From positions 174,096,001 through 174,160,000 of the forward strand of contig OX597817.1 of assembly GCA_951406725.2 (NCBI GenBank): DNA of 64,000 nucleotides, in the 5' to 3' direction. Position 1 is the first letter of the stretch. Every line of letters starts with the position of its first letter. Origin of the DNA: Octopus vulgaris (Eukaryota). The notes below the pieces were generated by a model. That model saw nothing but the letters and a program-made list of their open reading frames with translations. It searched no databases and was not told the DNA's origin. A program made the translations under genes and the position numbers. Below are positions 26,700-38,690 of the stretch, piece after piece.

Positions 26700-27275
26700 A
26701 AATAGCAGGAAAGAAAGATAAAGATGGTGATAACAAGATGTTAGGGTACAAAAAAAAAGGAGCAGAAGTTTAGTTTGTAAGAGTGTGAAGGGAGAGTGGT
26801 ATATGGTTAGTGATGGGGGTAGATGTGAGTGTAGTGAATGATGGATGAGGGTGAAGGTGTGGTCACCAGTGTTGTTGAAAAAGCAACGAACCAAGAAAAT
26901 GTATAGTCATGTTGGATGGAGGTTTGTTTCGTGAACAGTTAAGTTTTAAGTTCATTCCATAAAAGGATCAATGGAGAATCTTGCCTCTCACAATATAGAA
27001 ACATTTCTCATGGTACCAGCAGAGAAAATGGTAAAATTGTTGCTCCAGAAGATAATGAGGGAGATGTACTGGAACAGCCACAGCAGCTGTTCCAGTACAT
27101 TATGGAGCTCACACCTGTGGATAGCAATCTCTGCTCTGATAGTGGTGAGCAGGGATATGATCTGGGGGCCGAGAACTTTGGAGGTTTCAACTGCCACAGG
27201 CTTGGCTATAAACTGTTGGAGAGTGACTGATACCTTGAAGGTGTGGTCAGTGGGGAATAGTTTAGAGGGAAGGTG
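26700..27275 (-). mobile_element. Remnant of a restriction-like-endonuclease LINE (CRE-like) C-terminus
   Basis: PVAVETS.VLGP...WLFQYISL.I...N.F.I.SAG resembles the RLE end P.A.ET.G..GP...L.QRIS.AI.RGNA..I. Confidence 0.55.
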
Positions 27276-27573
27276 AAAAAAATAGTAGATCAGGAAGGAG
27301 GAGGTAGCAAACTGTAGATTGATGAGAACTGGGGCAGGAGTGTTTGGTGGTGAGGGAAAGAGATGCACTGTGGCAGACATGACAGTCAGAATTATAGAGG
27401 GGTGGATAAGGTGGGTGGTAGTGGGGGGTTTTGATGGCATTATATGAGAGGATGTTGAGGATGATAACTGATGTGAGATGGTGTTAAAGATGAGGGAATG
27501 TTTGAAAATGTTGAATTGGTACCATTGAAATTTTATTTATTTTTAAAATTATTTTTGTTTTTGTTCTCCACAG

Positions 27574-27759
27574 CTTATCCAACTGCTGGTGACTTTCATC
27601 CAACACAACCGAGGTTTACCAAATGTCAAAAGACAGCTGCCAAGAATGATTGAGGATGCTTCAGAACCTCAAGAAACAGTTGTAGTGCCTGCCAAGAGAG
27701 CTTGTTTTCAGAAACAGCTCTCTATTGAAGAGAATGGAGATCTCCCAACTTCACAAACA
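27574..27759 (+). CDS. HSF1: HSF exon: end of HR-B and probable bipartite NLS
   Basis: ttctccacag|CTT ATC CAA ... CAA ACA|gtaagg, 62 codons. Encodes LIQLLVTFIQHNRGLPNVKRQLPRMIEDASEPQETVVVPAKRACFQKQLSIEENGDLPTSQT, with the LIQ.L and KR..P.M. motifs typical of HSF. Confidence 0.94.
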
Positions 27760-28136
27760 GTAAGGGTTTTCTTTTAAAGATTCTTCTTTTTCAAGGTGTT
27801 ATTGTTTTCTTTCTTGTTGATAGATTAACCTTTTAGCATTCAAGCTGGCCATATCTGGCCAAATAGTCTACCTGTTTTTATGCTCAAACCAGCCAGATCT
27901 GGCCTTTCACACCTACAATGTCCTAAAAATAATATATCACATCATTGAAATCTCACAGCTACATTATAATGCAGGATTAATTAAAAGCAATATAAATAAA
28001 TAAGCATTACATTTGACAGAGTAATCTAAATCCTAAAGGGTTAAAGATTAAAATGCCTGATGTCAGTTGTTTATTTAAGAATCTATCACCAAGACTTTAG
28101 CCTAGACTTGACAGCATCAAGTATTTAATACAAACC

Positions 28137-29845
28137 ATCATCAACATCATCATCTTTTTGGACGGTTTGACTTAGGTCTGGAGAGCCAGCGGCTGCACCA
28201 GGCTCCAGTCTGATCTGGCAATGTTTCTACAGCTGGATGCTCTTCCTAACGCCAACCACTCCAAGAGTGTAGTGGGTGCAAGCCAGTCAGGTAGGCCTGG
28301 CATCGATCCCGTTTGGATAGTGCTTTTTATGTGCCACCAGCACGGGAGCCAGTCGGGGGGTAGTGGCATCAGCCATGTTTGGATGGTGCTTTTCACGTGC
28401 CACCGGCAGGGAGCCAGTCAGGCGGTCCTGGCATAGATCACATTCGAATAGTGCTTTTTAAATGTCACTGGTACGGGAGCCAGTCAGAGGATACTGGCAT
28501 TGGCCATGTTTGGATGGTGCTTTTTATGTGCCACCTCCATGGGGGCCAGTCAGGTGGTCCTGGCATTGATCACATTCGAATAGTGCTTTTTATGTACCAC
28601 CGGTGTGGGAGCCAGTCAGTGGGTACTAGTATTGGCCATATTCGGAAGGTGCTTTTTATGTGCCACCGGCACGGGAACCAGTTAGAGGACACTGGCATTG
28701 ACTATTCAGATGATGCATTTTATGTGCCACTGGAACGGGAACCAGTGAGGAGGCACTGGCCACAGCTACGATTTTGGTTTTACTTGACTCAACAGGTCTT
28801 CTCAAACTTATCATATTGCCTGACACATCAGGGGTACTCTTAAATGGGTTGGACATACAACACTGGCATCGGCCATGACTGCGATTTCACTTTAGTTGCC
28901 AGGTCTTCTCAATCACAGCGTATCTCCAAAGGTCTCGGTCTCCTGTCATTGCCTCTGTGAGGCCCAGTGTTCAAAGTTCATGCTTCACCACCTCATCCCA
29001 TGTCTTCCTGGATCTACCTCTTCCACAGGTTCTTTCCACAGTTAGGGAGTGACACTTTCTCACACAGCTGTTCTCATCCATATGTAACACATAACCACAC
29101 CAGCGCAGTTGTCTCTCTTGCATACCACATTTGATGCTTCTTATGCCCAACTTTTCTCTCTGGGCGTTTACACTCTGTCATGCATGCACACTGACATTAC
29201 ACATCCAGCAAATCATACTAGCTTCATTTCTTTCAAGCCTACGCATGTCCTCAGCAGTCATGGCCCATGTTTCACTGCTGTATAGCATGGCAGTTCACAC
29301 ACATGCATCATACAGCCTACCTTTCATCCTGAGTGAGAGGCCCTTAGTTACTAGCAGACGTAGGAGCTCCCTGAACTTTACCCAGGCTATTCTTATTCTA
29401 GCTGCTATACTCTCAGAGCAACCACCCCCACTATAGACTTGGTCGCCTAGGTAGGAGAAGCTATTAACTTCTAGTTTTCCCCACCTGGCATGTGATGGAA
29501 TCTGTTTACTGTACATCTTCAGTATTTGTTGCCTCTGTGCTTCTGCCACACACAAAAACTATCTTCCTTGTTAACCTTCCTTTGATATTGCAGCACCTCT
29601 TATGTGACCATAGCTTACACTGGGTACATCATATGGAGTTTTTGCCCATGTTTTTTCTACAGATCAGGCAGGGCCATCTACCCGAAGGGGTTTGTGATTT
29701 GACAGCCTTCCTACTTACTAAGACTTTGGTTTTTGCTAGGTTAACCCTAAGGCCCTTCAATTCTAGACCTTGCTTCCACACCCTGAACTTGATCTCTAGT
29801 TCTGGCAAGGTCATTAGCATAGAGGAGCTCCCAGGGGCAGGCTGT
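28137..29845 (-). mobile_element. Decayed RTE LINE 3' half
   Basis: WKQGLELKGLRVNLAKTK, WPC.IC, FSYLGD and GRLYDACV, about 8 UTR tandem units and a (CAT)n tail. Confidence 0.93.
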
Positions 29846-30626
29846 CTTATAAATATGTATGTATATTATCCTTGAAATGTATGATGCCACAAATTGGTAT
29901 ACACAATGGTGTAATAAGAAGCCAATAAATGAGCTTCTGTGTGGGCACCTAACCTTCTAGAAATAACAGCCAAATCACCCTCAAATTGTATCTAATCATA
30001 ATGTTATATAATGTTGTCCTGGATGTAACTTTGAAATGTTGGATTTGATTAACAGCTGGAAGGGTTAACTCAGGGCTAAACTATGTCAGCTTTTTAAAAT
30101 TGGATTTCAATTAAAGAGAAAAAAATATATTGACATAACGACCCTGTCAGAACACAGGATATTTGTCAGTAAATGATTTTCCTTTGTGCAATGAATGTCT
30201 TAGTTCAACTTCGATGTTAATGAAAAGCAAGACCACCATGAAGCCCCTTCACATTCTTAGGTCAAGAACATACTATAATCAACTTTTCCCCCCCTGTTAT
30301 GTTCGATGAAATAATTAAGTACTAATGATTTGTAACTATGCCCATTTCTGAAATTTGTGGCCTTGTGCCAATGTTAAAAGTTAATGTTGATTTTCGAAGA
30401 GCTTTCGTTATGCTACCTTGCCATAATTACAGTCATTTATCTCTTACTAGTCATTAGAATGTGGCCATGTTGGGGCATTGCCTTGATAGGTTTAGTCAAA
30501 CAAATTGATCCCAGCACTTATTTTTTTAAAGTCTGGTACTCTTTTGTTGGGGAAAGAAACAAAGCACCCAGCCCTGATTGTCACTCAGTCATTGAAGAAT
30601 AAGCTCGCTCTCTCTGTCTCTCTCTC

Positions 30627-30713
<87 letters not shown>

Positions 30714-31220
30714 CTTCTACACAATTTGACATTCATTTATTTTGACATATAAAGAACATGATGAAAACATATTTTTTCCAAACTGAGATTAGGCAAGATG
30801 TTCATATAGGAAAAAGATAACTGTTATTTAAACATAAGAATACTACCTTAGTCTTTGAGATTGATGCTTTTGGAGAAACCCCTGAAACCCGAGCTAATAT
30901 TTACAAAGGTTATTGACATAGTATTGCTTTGTTTAGATGATATAAAGAATTATATATTTTAAATCCTTGCCCTGTAAATGCTTCAGTCACAGATTGTTGA
31001 AATATTAGAACAAATGTGAAGGCATGTGGCCTGATGGTTAGGTGTATTAAGCTCACAAAACATAAGGTCATGGGTTCGATTCTTTGAGTGGGTGGTATGT
31101 TGAGTCTTTGGGTACGACATATCGTTTCATATTACTTCAGTCTACTCAACTGAAAATGGCCATCAGCCCAATACTAGTACATCACGCACACACACGCACA
31201 CACACGCATACACACGCATA

Positions 31221-31251
<31 letters not shown>

Positions 31252-31679
31252 GCTGTCACATCGTCAATGTTTTACTAGGTCACGGTTGGGGCAGCCAAGG
31301 CAGTGTCTATGGCTGTTCATGATTACGTAGGCACCTAAATGAATTAAAGAAAGCTTGGCGGCTGGTAGGTCACACTCATCTGTGAATGACAGATAAGCTA
31401 TTGGAGCAAATATTGTGTTTCTTTTTTGTCATTCCATTTACTATATTTTTTTATTGGAAGTTAATTATTTTGTTTTCATGGTTTGAAACTAAGACTACAA
31501 TAATTTAATTTATTTTTAGATTAGGTTGAATTTTATTTGAGGTTGTTAAATGTCTTCATATGATGCTAATGAATATATAAAAATGAAAAGCCTGTTTATA
31601 TTTGGTATTTGTTATCCATTCACTAGTGTTATCGTTATTTAATTTTTATGTAAAGTATAAATGTATACATTTTTATCCA

Positions 31680-32050
31680 TCACATCGTCGTTTAACGTCT
31701 GCTTTCCATGCTAGCATGGGTTGGACGATTTCTACTGAGGCCTGGCGAACCAGATGGCTGCACCAGGCTTCAATCTTGATCTGGCAGAGTTTCTACAGCT
31801 GGATGCCAATCACTCTGAGAGTGTACTGGGTGCTTTAACGTGCCACTGGCACGGGGCCAGTCAGGCGGTACTGGCAACGACCTTGCTCAAATCTTTTACA
31901 CATGCCACCAGCATAGGTATGAGTAAGGCGATGCTGGTGACGATCATGCTTGAATGGTGTCTTTTACATGCCACTGGCACGGAGGCCAGATAGCCACTCT
32001 GGCTTCACGCTCGAATGGCGTCTTTTACGTGCCACCGGCATGAAGGCCAG
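31680..32050 (-). mobile_element. RTE 3' UTR fragment
   Basis: CATCGTCGTTTAACGTCTGCTTTCCATGCTAGCATGGG tail plus tandem units. Confidence 0.8.
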
Positions 32051-32203
32051 GCTCTATATTTATGATAGGTAAAATTTAAGGTTTTTCAGTAAAGTCTTAT
32101 TTGAAAATAAGTTTATAATTATAATGGTTTTTTTTTTTAAATATAGTTCTGTTGAGTTTGTACTCATGTGACATTTGTTTTCCTTTTCTTATTTGCATTG
32201 AAG

Positions 32204-32374
32204 ACTCAAGTTGTCGAACACTGTCTATCGCCTAATGTAACGGCAGTGGAAGAAATACCATATCCAGGGATTATGGAAAGTATCACTGATGTATTTGATG
32301 AGACACCATGTATTTATCCAACAATCATTGAATTGGGAGAGAATGAAGAACCACAGAATGAAGATAATCATCAG
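32204..32374 (+). CDS. HSF1: HSF exon: acidic regulatory region
   Basis: Pyrimidine tract then gaag|ACT CAA ... CAT CAG|gtatgt. 57 open codons, TQVVEHCLSPNVTAVEEIPYPGIMESITDVFDETPCIYPTIIELGENEEPQNEDNHQ, phase 0-0. Confidence 0.8.
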
Positions 32375-33312
32375 GTATGTGCATGAAATTTGTTGGGAAA
32401 CCTCTCTCTCTCTCCCATAGATTATAATATACCTGAGAGAGAGGTAAGTATTGGAGAGAATGAATTATGTGTATGCCGAGCCACTACTCTTCAAAGCAAA
32501 GTTGTAATATAGAGTATAACCTGCACAATAGAGATGTTCTAAAGATAATTGGTAAGAAGAAATGGAGTTCTTAGAGTGAGAGTAGAAATTGTTCAAACAC
32601 ATATAGTTCTTGCGAAGACCAATGTTTGATAGAAAGCTTACTCTGTTTCAGCTACAAAGCCATTTGACATCACTTATATCACTAGAGTCCATTTGGATGA
32701 GCATGTTTATAAATTTGACTGGGTGGTTTGGCTTCTTTTTTGGTTCAGCACATAGGTAAAGTGAAGGGGAAATAGGTCACATCTTTAAAGGGTATGGATT
32801 CATAACCTTCTTTTGAAAGAACAAAAGATTCCATAACATGTATAGATTTGAGCTATCAGAACACTAGTATTAATGATTAGTCTAGTTGGGCTCCAACTCT
32901 TAGCACATTCGGGTGATGTTCATTTCACACAATACTTTTAAATATTTTTTTGGAGCAGGGGGTAATAAAGTTGATTTAAAGTTAAACTGAATATTGTTGC
33001 AGGCTAGACATTCCACTTATGACTTTCCTGTCTTATCTTTTTTTTTTTTTATAATTAGAGTGTACCAAGGATTAAATCATCTAATGTGTCTTGTTTCCAC
33101 TTTTCTTTTTAAGGCAATGAGAAGTGATTTGAAAAAGAGAGGGAGAGAGAGTGGGTTGAGTGACTGCATAAATTTCCAGTGGTTCATTCAGTAATTTTCA
33201 TTTCAAACACCACGATTTAAGTTTTCAACCATTTCTATTACTAACCAAAGTAAATATTAATGAATAAATAAAGTGGGAAATGGATCAGACTTTGGTTTGT
33301 TTTATTCACTTA

Positions 33313-35082
33313 TCAAGCTCTGGTAGCTTGTCAAGCTCTGGTAGCTTTTCAAGCTCTGGTAGCTTGTCAAGCTCTGGTAGCTTTTCAAGCTCTGGTAGCT
33401 TGTCAAGCTCTGGTAGCTTGTCAAGCTCTGGTAGCTTTTCAAGCTCTGGTAGCTTGTCAAGCTCTGGTAGCTTGTCAAGCTCTGGTAGCTTTTCAAGCTC
33501 TGGTAGCTTGTCAAGCTCTGGTAGCTTGTCAAGCTCTGGTAGCTTTTCAAGCTCTGGTAGCTTTTCAAGCTCTGGTAGCTTGTCAAGCTCTGGTAGCTTT
33601 TCAAGCTCTGGTAGCTTTTCAAGCTCTGGTAGCTTTTCAAGCTCTGGTGGCTTTTCAAGCTCTGGTGGCTTTTCAAGCTCTGGTAGCTTTTCAAGCTCTG
33701 GTAGCTTTTCAAGCTCTGGTAGCTTGTCAAGCTCTGGTGGCTTTTCAAGCTCTGGTAGCTTGTCAAGCTCTGGTGGCTTTTCAAGCTCTGGTGGCTTGTC
33801 AAGCTCTGGTAGCTTTTCAAGCTCTGGTAGCTTTTCAAGCTCTGGTGGCTTTTCAAGCTCTGGTAGCTTGTCAAGCTCTGGTAGCTTGTCAAGCTCTGGT
33901 AGCTTTTCAAGCTCTGGTAGCTTTTCAAGCTCTGGTAGCTTTTCAAGCTCTGGTAGCTTGTCAAGCTCTGGTAGCTTTTCAAGCTCTGGTGGCTTTTCAA
34001 GCTCTGGTGGCTTTTCAAGCTCTGGTAGCTTTTCAAGCTCTGGTAGCTTTTCAAGCTCTGGTAGCTTGTCAAGCTCTGGTAGCTTTTCAAGCTCTGGTAG
34101 CTTGTCAAGCTCTGGTAGCTTTTCAAGCTCTGGTGGCTTTTCAAGCTCTGGTGGCTTTTCAAGCTCTGGTGGCTTTTCAAGCTCTGGTGGCTTGTCAAGC
34201 TCTGGTAGCTTGTCAAGCTCTGGTAGCTTGTCAAGCTCTGGTAGCTTGTCAAGCTCTGGTAGCTTTTCAAGCTCTGGTAGCTTTTCAAGCTCTGGTAGCT
34301 TTTCAAGCTCTGGTGGCTTTTCAAGCTCTGGTAGCTTTTCAAGCTCTGGTAGCTTTTCAAGCTCTGGTAGCTTGTCAAGCTCTGGTAGCTTTTCAAGCTC
34401 TGGTAGCTTGTCAAGCTCTGGTAGCTTTTCAAGCTCTGGTAGCTTTTCAAGCTCTGGTAGCTTTTCAAGCTCTGGTGGCTTTTCAAGCTCTGGTGGCTTT
34501 TCAAGCTCTGGTAGCTTTTCAAGCTCTGGTAGCTTGTCAAGCTCTGGTAGCTTGTCAAGCTCTGGTAGCTTTTCAAGCTCTGGTAGCTTGTCAAGCTCTG
34601 GTAGCTTGTCAAGCTCTGGTAGCTTTTCAAGCTCTGGTAGCTTGTCAAGCTCTGGTAGCTTTTCAAGCTCTGGTAGCTTGTCAAGCTCTGGTAGCTTTTC
34701 AAGCTCTGGTAGCTTTTCAAGCTCTGGTAGCTTTTCAAGCTCTGGTGGCTTTTCAAGCTCTGGTAGCTTGTCAAGCTCTGGTAGCTTTTCAAGCTCTGGT
34801 AGCTTTTCAAGCTCTGGTAGCTTTTCAAGCTCTGGTAGCTTTTCAAGCTCTGGTGGCTTTTCAAGCTCTGGTGGCTTTTCAAGCTCTGGTAGCTTTTCAA
34901 GCTCTGGTAGCTTTTCAAGCTCTGGTGGCTTTTCAAGCTCTGGTGGCTTTTCAAGCTCTGGTGGCTTTTCAAGCTCTGGTAGCTTTTCAAGCTCTGGTAG
35001 CTTGTCAAGCTCTGGTAGCTTTTCAAGCTCTGGTAGCTTGTCAAGCTCTGGTAGCTTTTCAAGCTCTGGTAGCTTTTCAAGC
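33313..35082. repeat. Intronic minisatellite: 98 full copies of 18-bp TCAAGCTCTGGT(A/G)GCTT(G/T) plus a partial unit
   Basis: 33313-35076 is 1764 bp = 98 x 18 with no net indels. Only two variable positions were seen. Confidence 0.98.
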
Positions 35083-35184
35083 ACTTTTCCTCTTAATTAG
35101 TGTTCAAAGAAATGATTAATTTCATTGAAGCAATAGTATTTTTTTGGAATGTGTTATATATTTATTCTATTTCCATTCTTTTAG

Positions 35185-35327
35185 CTACAAGAAGTATCTC
35201 CCAGTGAGGAAGCTTTATTAAACAAAGATGTAGTTCTCAGTGGAAATACTACTCCAAAACATGTAATGCTGACGGAACCTGATACTACCAGCCAAGACCT
35301 TATTCTTATAAACCCAGAAGCTGAACG
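35185..35327 (+). CDS. HSF1: HSF exon: regulatory region
   Basis: ccattcttttag|CTA CAA GAA ... GAA CG|gtaaga. Encodes LQEVSPSEEALLNKDVVLSGNTTPKHVMLTEPDTTSQDLILINPEAE(R). Phase 0-2, compatible with the HR-C exon. Confidence 0.82.
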
Positions 35328-35721
35328 GTAAGACAGTTTTTCTTCATCTAGACTTTAATCTACCCTGATATATTTAATAATTCCGGTGTGGGATGTTATA
35401 GTTTAGGGAATGGGGACTTACGATAATTTCTAATGTTAATACAAATGTTGTTTAGTTTTCACATTGTTGGGCATTTTTTTCTGTGCAGTGTGATGCACTT
35501 CTATTCACTTCCCTGTCGAATCTGTCCCAGTTTTTCAGAATTTTGGGAGTTTGTTTCTTTATTGTACCCAGAATCCAAAGTATCGTTATGCATTGGTTGA
35601 CCAGAACTAGTAGCCAGATTACACCACATGTATGTTGACAACTGTCACGGGAGAGAGTTTCTTTCACTGTGCCATTTCATTCAGTTTAAGACGTTACGAA
35701 AATTATTCTTTTTTCTGACAG

Positions 35722-35751
35722 GTTTTGTGACATAGTGGACCCAATGAAACA
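35722..35751 (+). CDS. HSF1: Probable 30-nt HSF microexon (phase 2-2)
   Basis: ttcttttttctgacag|G TTT TGT GAC ATA GTG GAC CCA ATG AAA CA|gtaagt. Open and frame-preserving, encoding (R)FCDIVDPMK(H). Confidence 0.65.
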
Positions 35752-38202
35752 GTAAGTTATACACATACAAATGAGTTTGTGAAATTTTCCTTCTACTTTT
35801 ACTTTGATGTTCCTTAAGGTTTTTATACTTCTGTTAATTCTTCATACAACTGTGTATTTGTATTACAATATTAAAAGGACACTATGGTCACTACGATGTT
35901 TAGTACATGCTTATAAGCTATCTGGAAAGTCCTTTAAATTTGTTTAAATTTAGATATCTCATTATTCTTTTCCCCCAATGTTTATTACTTCTGTTTATGT
36001 TTTGTAGTGTGCAATTTTTGGCAGCTTATAGTCATTAAAACCAGGATATTTCTATGCCAGTCGTTCTTTGGGTATCTATTATTTTTGTTTGTGACAAAAA
36101 ATCACTACTATTATCTGGAATATTTTTCAAGCTTTTCTCTGTCATTGAATTGAACATGTGGTTGCTTAATTCATTATAGTTAATTATCCACTATTTATTA
36201 TAATTCTAAGCTTAGCTATTTAGTGGCTTTCCTCTACCAATTCTTTATTTAGTTTATTGGACTTAGTACCTTGTTGCTCTTGCGATGTTTAATGTTTTTG
36301 TTTACAACAATGGATAGTGACACCAGCATTAAGAGTCATACATCTGGGTTTTACTTCTTGTATCATAGAACCATTATTTTCATAGCTTCTCTCATTGTTT
36401 TTCACTGCTTCAAACCATCTGCACAGACGCCTGCTTCGTTGGCTTGATTTATTGCATTCTCATCCTATTACAGTTATATTTTACATTCAACACTCATTAT
36501 GAAAACTTGTATTATACACATCTCATGCAAACATGTTTCCCAAAATATTTGTTCACTTTTCTGTCTGTTTTTCTCTCCTAGCATGGGTTAGATGAATATG
36601 TTATGAAGGCATTGTTTTACAGCTGGATATCCTTCCTGTTACTAAACCTTACCTGATTTTCAAGTAGGGGATCTCTTATTTCACATCTTCCAAGGCGCAA
36701 AGCCTGCAGACAATTTGACAGGGGAAATGACAATTTCATTTCTTGTGGCTGAGCAGTTATCAAGAAGTGCAAATGTAAACTCACACATACATGTTTATAG
36801 TTATACACACAATGGGCTTCTTTCAGTTTCCTGTTTACCATTTTCCCTTCACAAGAGTTTTGGTTGGCTTAGGACTATAGCAGAATATACACCTGCCCAA
36901 ACTGCTTCACAGTGTGACTGAACTCAAAGCGAATCGGCTGAGAACCAAACTTCTAAATCAAACATCCATGCCTGTAAAAGCTGGAAAGCAGTATATAATT
37001 ACCTGTGGAATTTAGCTAATGAATGACAGATCTTCTATGATAATTATTTCACCTGCTAAAACACCACCCATAAAATTTTGTTCTATGCAATACTGCTTCA
37101 AATATATCTTTACACATCATCACATGGAATCTTATCTTAGGAAAGAAACCTGAACAATGTTTTTTTTATGTATATTGTACTTATTTGTTGTTAGCATATT
37201 ATTTCAGTTTTTAGTCCTAGCTAAAATTAAAACCAAAAAAATAAAAATATAAAAAACTAGCTCAGTTTTGTCAAAGATTGCTTTCTTTAAAAGTCTCTCG
37301 TAAGTAAAGAAATTATTCTTTTAAGCTGTATTGATATTTGTTCAAGTTCAAATCCCACTGAAATCCACTTAGCCTTTCGCCCTTCCTGGGTCAATTAAAG
37401 CACCAGTCAAGATCTGGGGTTGATTTAATTGACCGTCCTGACCCCTTTCCTGTCTATGGCCTTGTATCAGTTTGAAATCAATATTTATTTACCGAGTGTT
37501 TTGCTGTGGTTTGTTCTTATGCACAAGCATGAGCATAATTTCTTGCATTCAAGCATGAATTTTGAAAGATTTTATGTGCATGCATGTACACATGTGTTGA
37601 AAGGAGATTTAAGTTTGTATGAAGATAATCCTTAACACGATTGGTAATACAGGATATTCCCTCAGCATCTCTAACATTATGGAAATGTTGTGTTACTGAA
37701 AAATCTTGCTCTAACAAGGAATTCTGTAGGGTAAAACCTATTTTCCATTGGCTTCTATGTTGCATAGAAGTCAGTAGAAAATATTCTTTGCATTACAGAA
37801 GTCAGCATTATATTAAGGTTTTCAGCAACATAATGATTCCAGGACATGAAAGGATGCCTATAGATTTTTTAAAGTTGAGTTATATTGAACAAAAGATGAT
37901 AATATGAGACCTTTCATTGCTAGACCTAGTCAGATCGTGAGGATAATGTAGTATTTGGGAATAATTTCATCCTTGAAGCTGTGAACTTCTTATATAATTA
38001 GGTTTTGTTCGACTGACTGATTGTTATTGTATTTGAAGAAATCTAATTTGTTCTCCCCAACTCCCCACCAAAAAAGAAAAATAGTTTTGAATTTTCTGTT
38101 TGTCTTGTTTCACAATATGAATTAATAACATACATCAATATTCACATGAACTGTTTTTTTTTTTTAAAGAACTGCCAGCTTGAGTATTCAGAGTTTCTAA
38201 AC

Positions 38203-38690
38203 CAGTGGATCCCAAAACGTTTTCAATAGAAATATTATGTTGATTCATGAAAAGATTTTTGTAATTTTAATTTAAAAAAAAAACAAAACAAATTCTACTT
38301 CGACAATTCTTGTGATATATTAAGGTAATGATAAGGCAGTGAGCTGGCGGAATCATTAGCACACTGGACAAAAAGCTTAGCAGCATTTCCTTCCTCTTTA
38401 TGTAGTCATCTTTGCCTTTCATTCTTTCAGGGTTGGTAAATTAAGTACCAATGAAGCACTGGGGTTAATATAATTGACTATCCCCCCTCCCACCAAATTT
38501 TAGCTCTTGTGCCGATAGTAGAAACAATGTCTTAAGGTAATGATGACTGAATAGTTTTGGTCAATTTATATAGATGTAAGAGGGAGAGATGGTGGTGTGG
38601 GGTTGGGGAAGGAAAAAAAGCCCTATTCAATGCCAAATATTTTGATAAAAATAATTCTGCAGCAAACTTGAATAGTTTTGGGAACCACTG
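38203..38690. mobile_element. hAT/Charlie-like MITE carrying a nested family C SINE
   Basis: TIRs CAGTGGATCCCAAAAC and GTTTTGGGAACCACTG, with TCTA-containing target sites. Confidence 0.65.

Noticed and set aside
33313-35082. CRISPR-like array or heat-shock-element array
   Set aside because: Units are contiguous with no unique spacers and no cas genes. They lack alternating nGAAn/nTTCn pentamers.
33280-35119. 490-606 aa ORFs in four frames (SSSGSL, QALVAF, ELEKLP and SYQSLK repeats)
   Set aside because: They are a by-product of an 18-bp unit lacking stops in four of six frames. There is no non-repeat coding flank or convincing splice site, and the region is inside an HSF intron.
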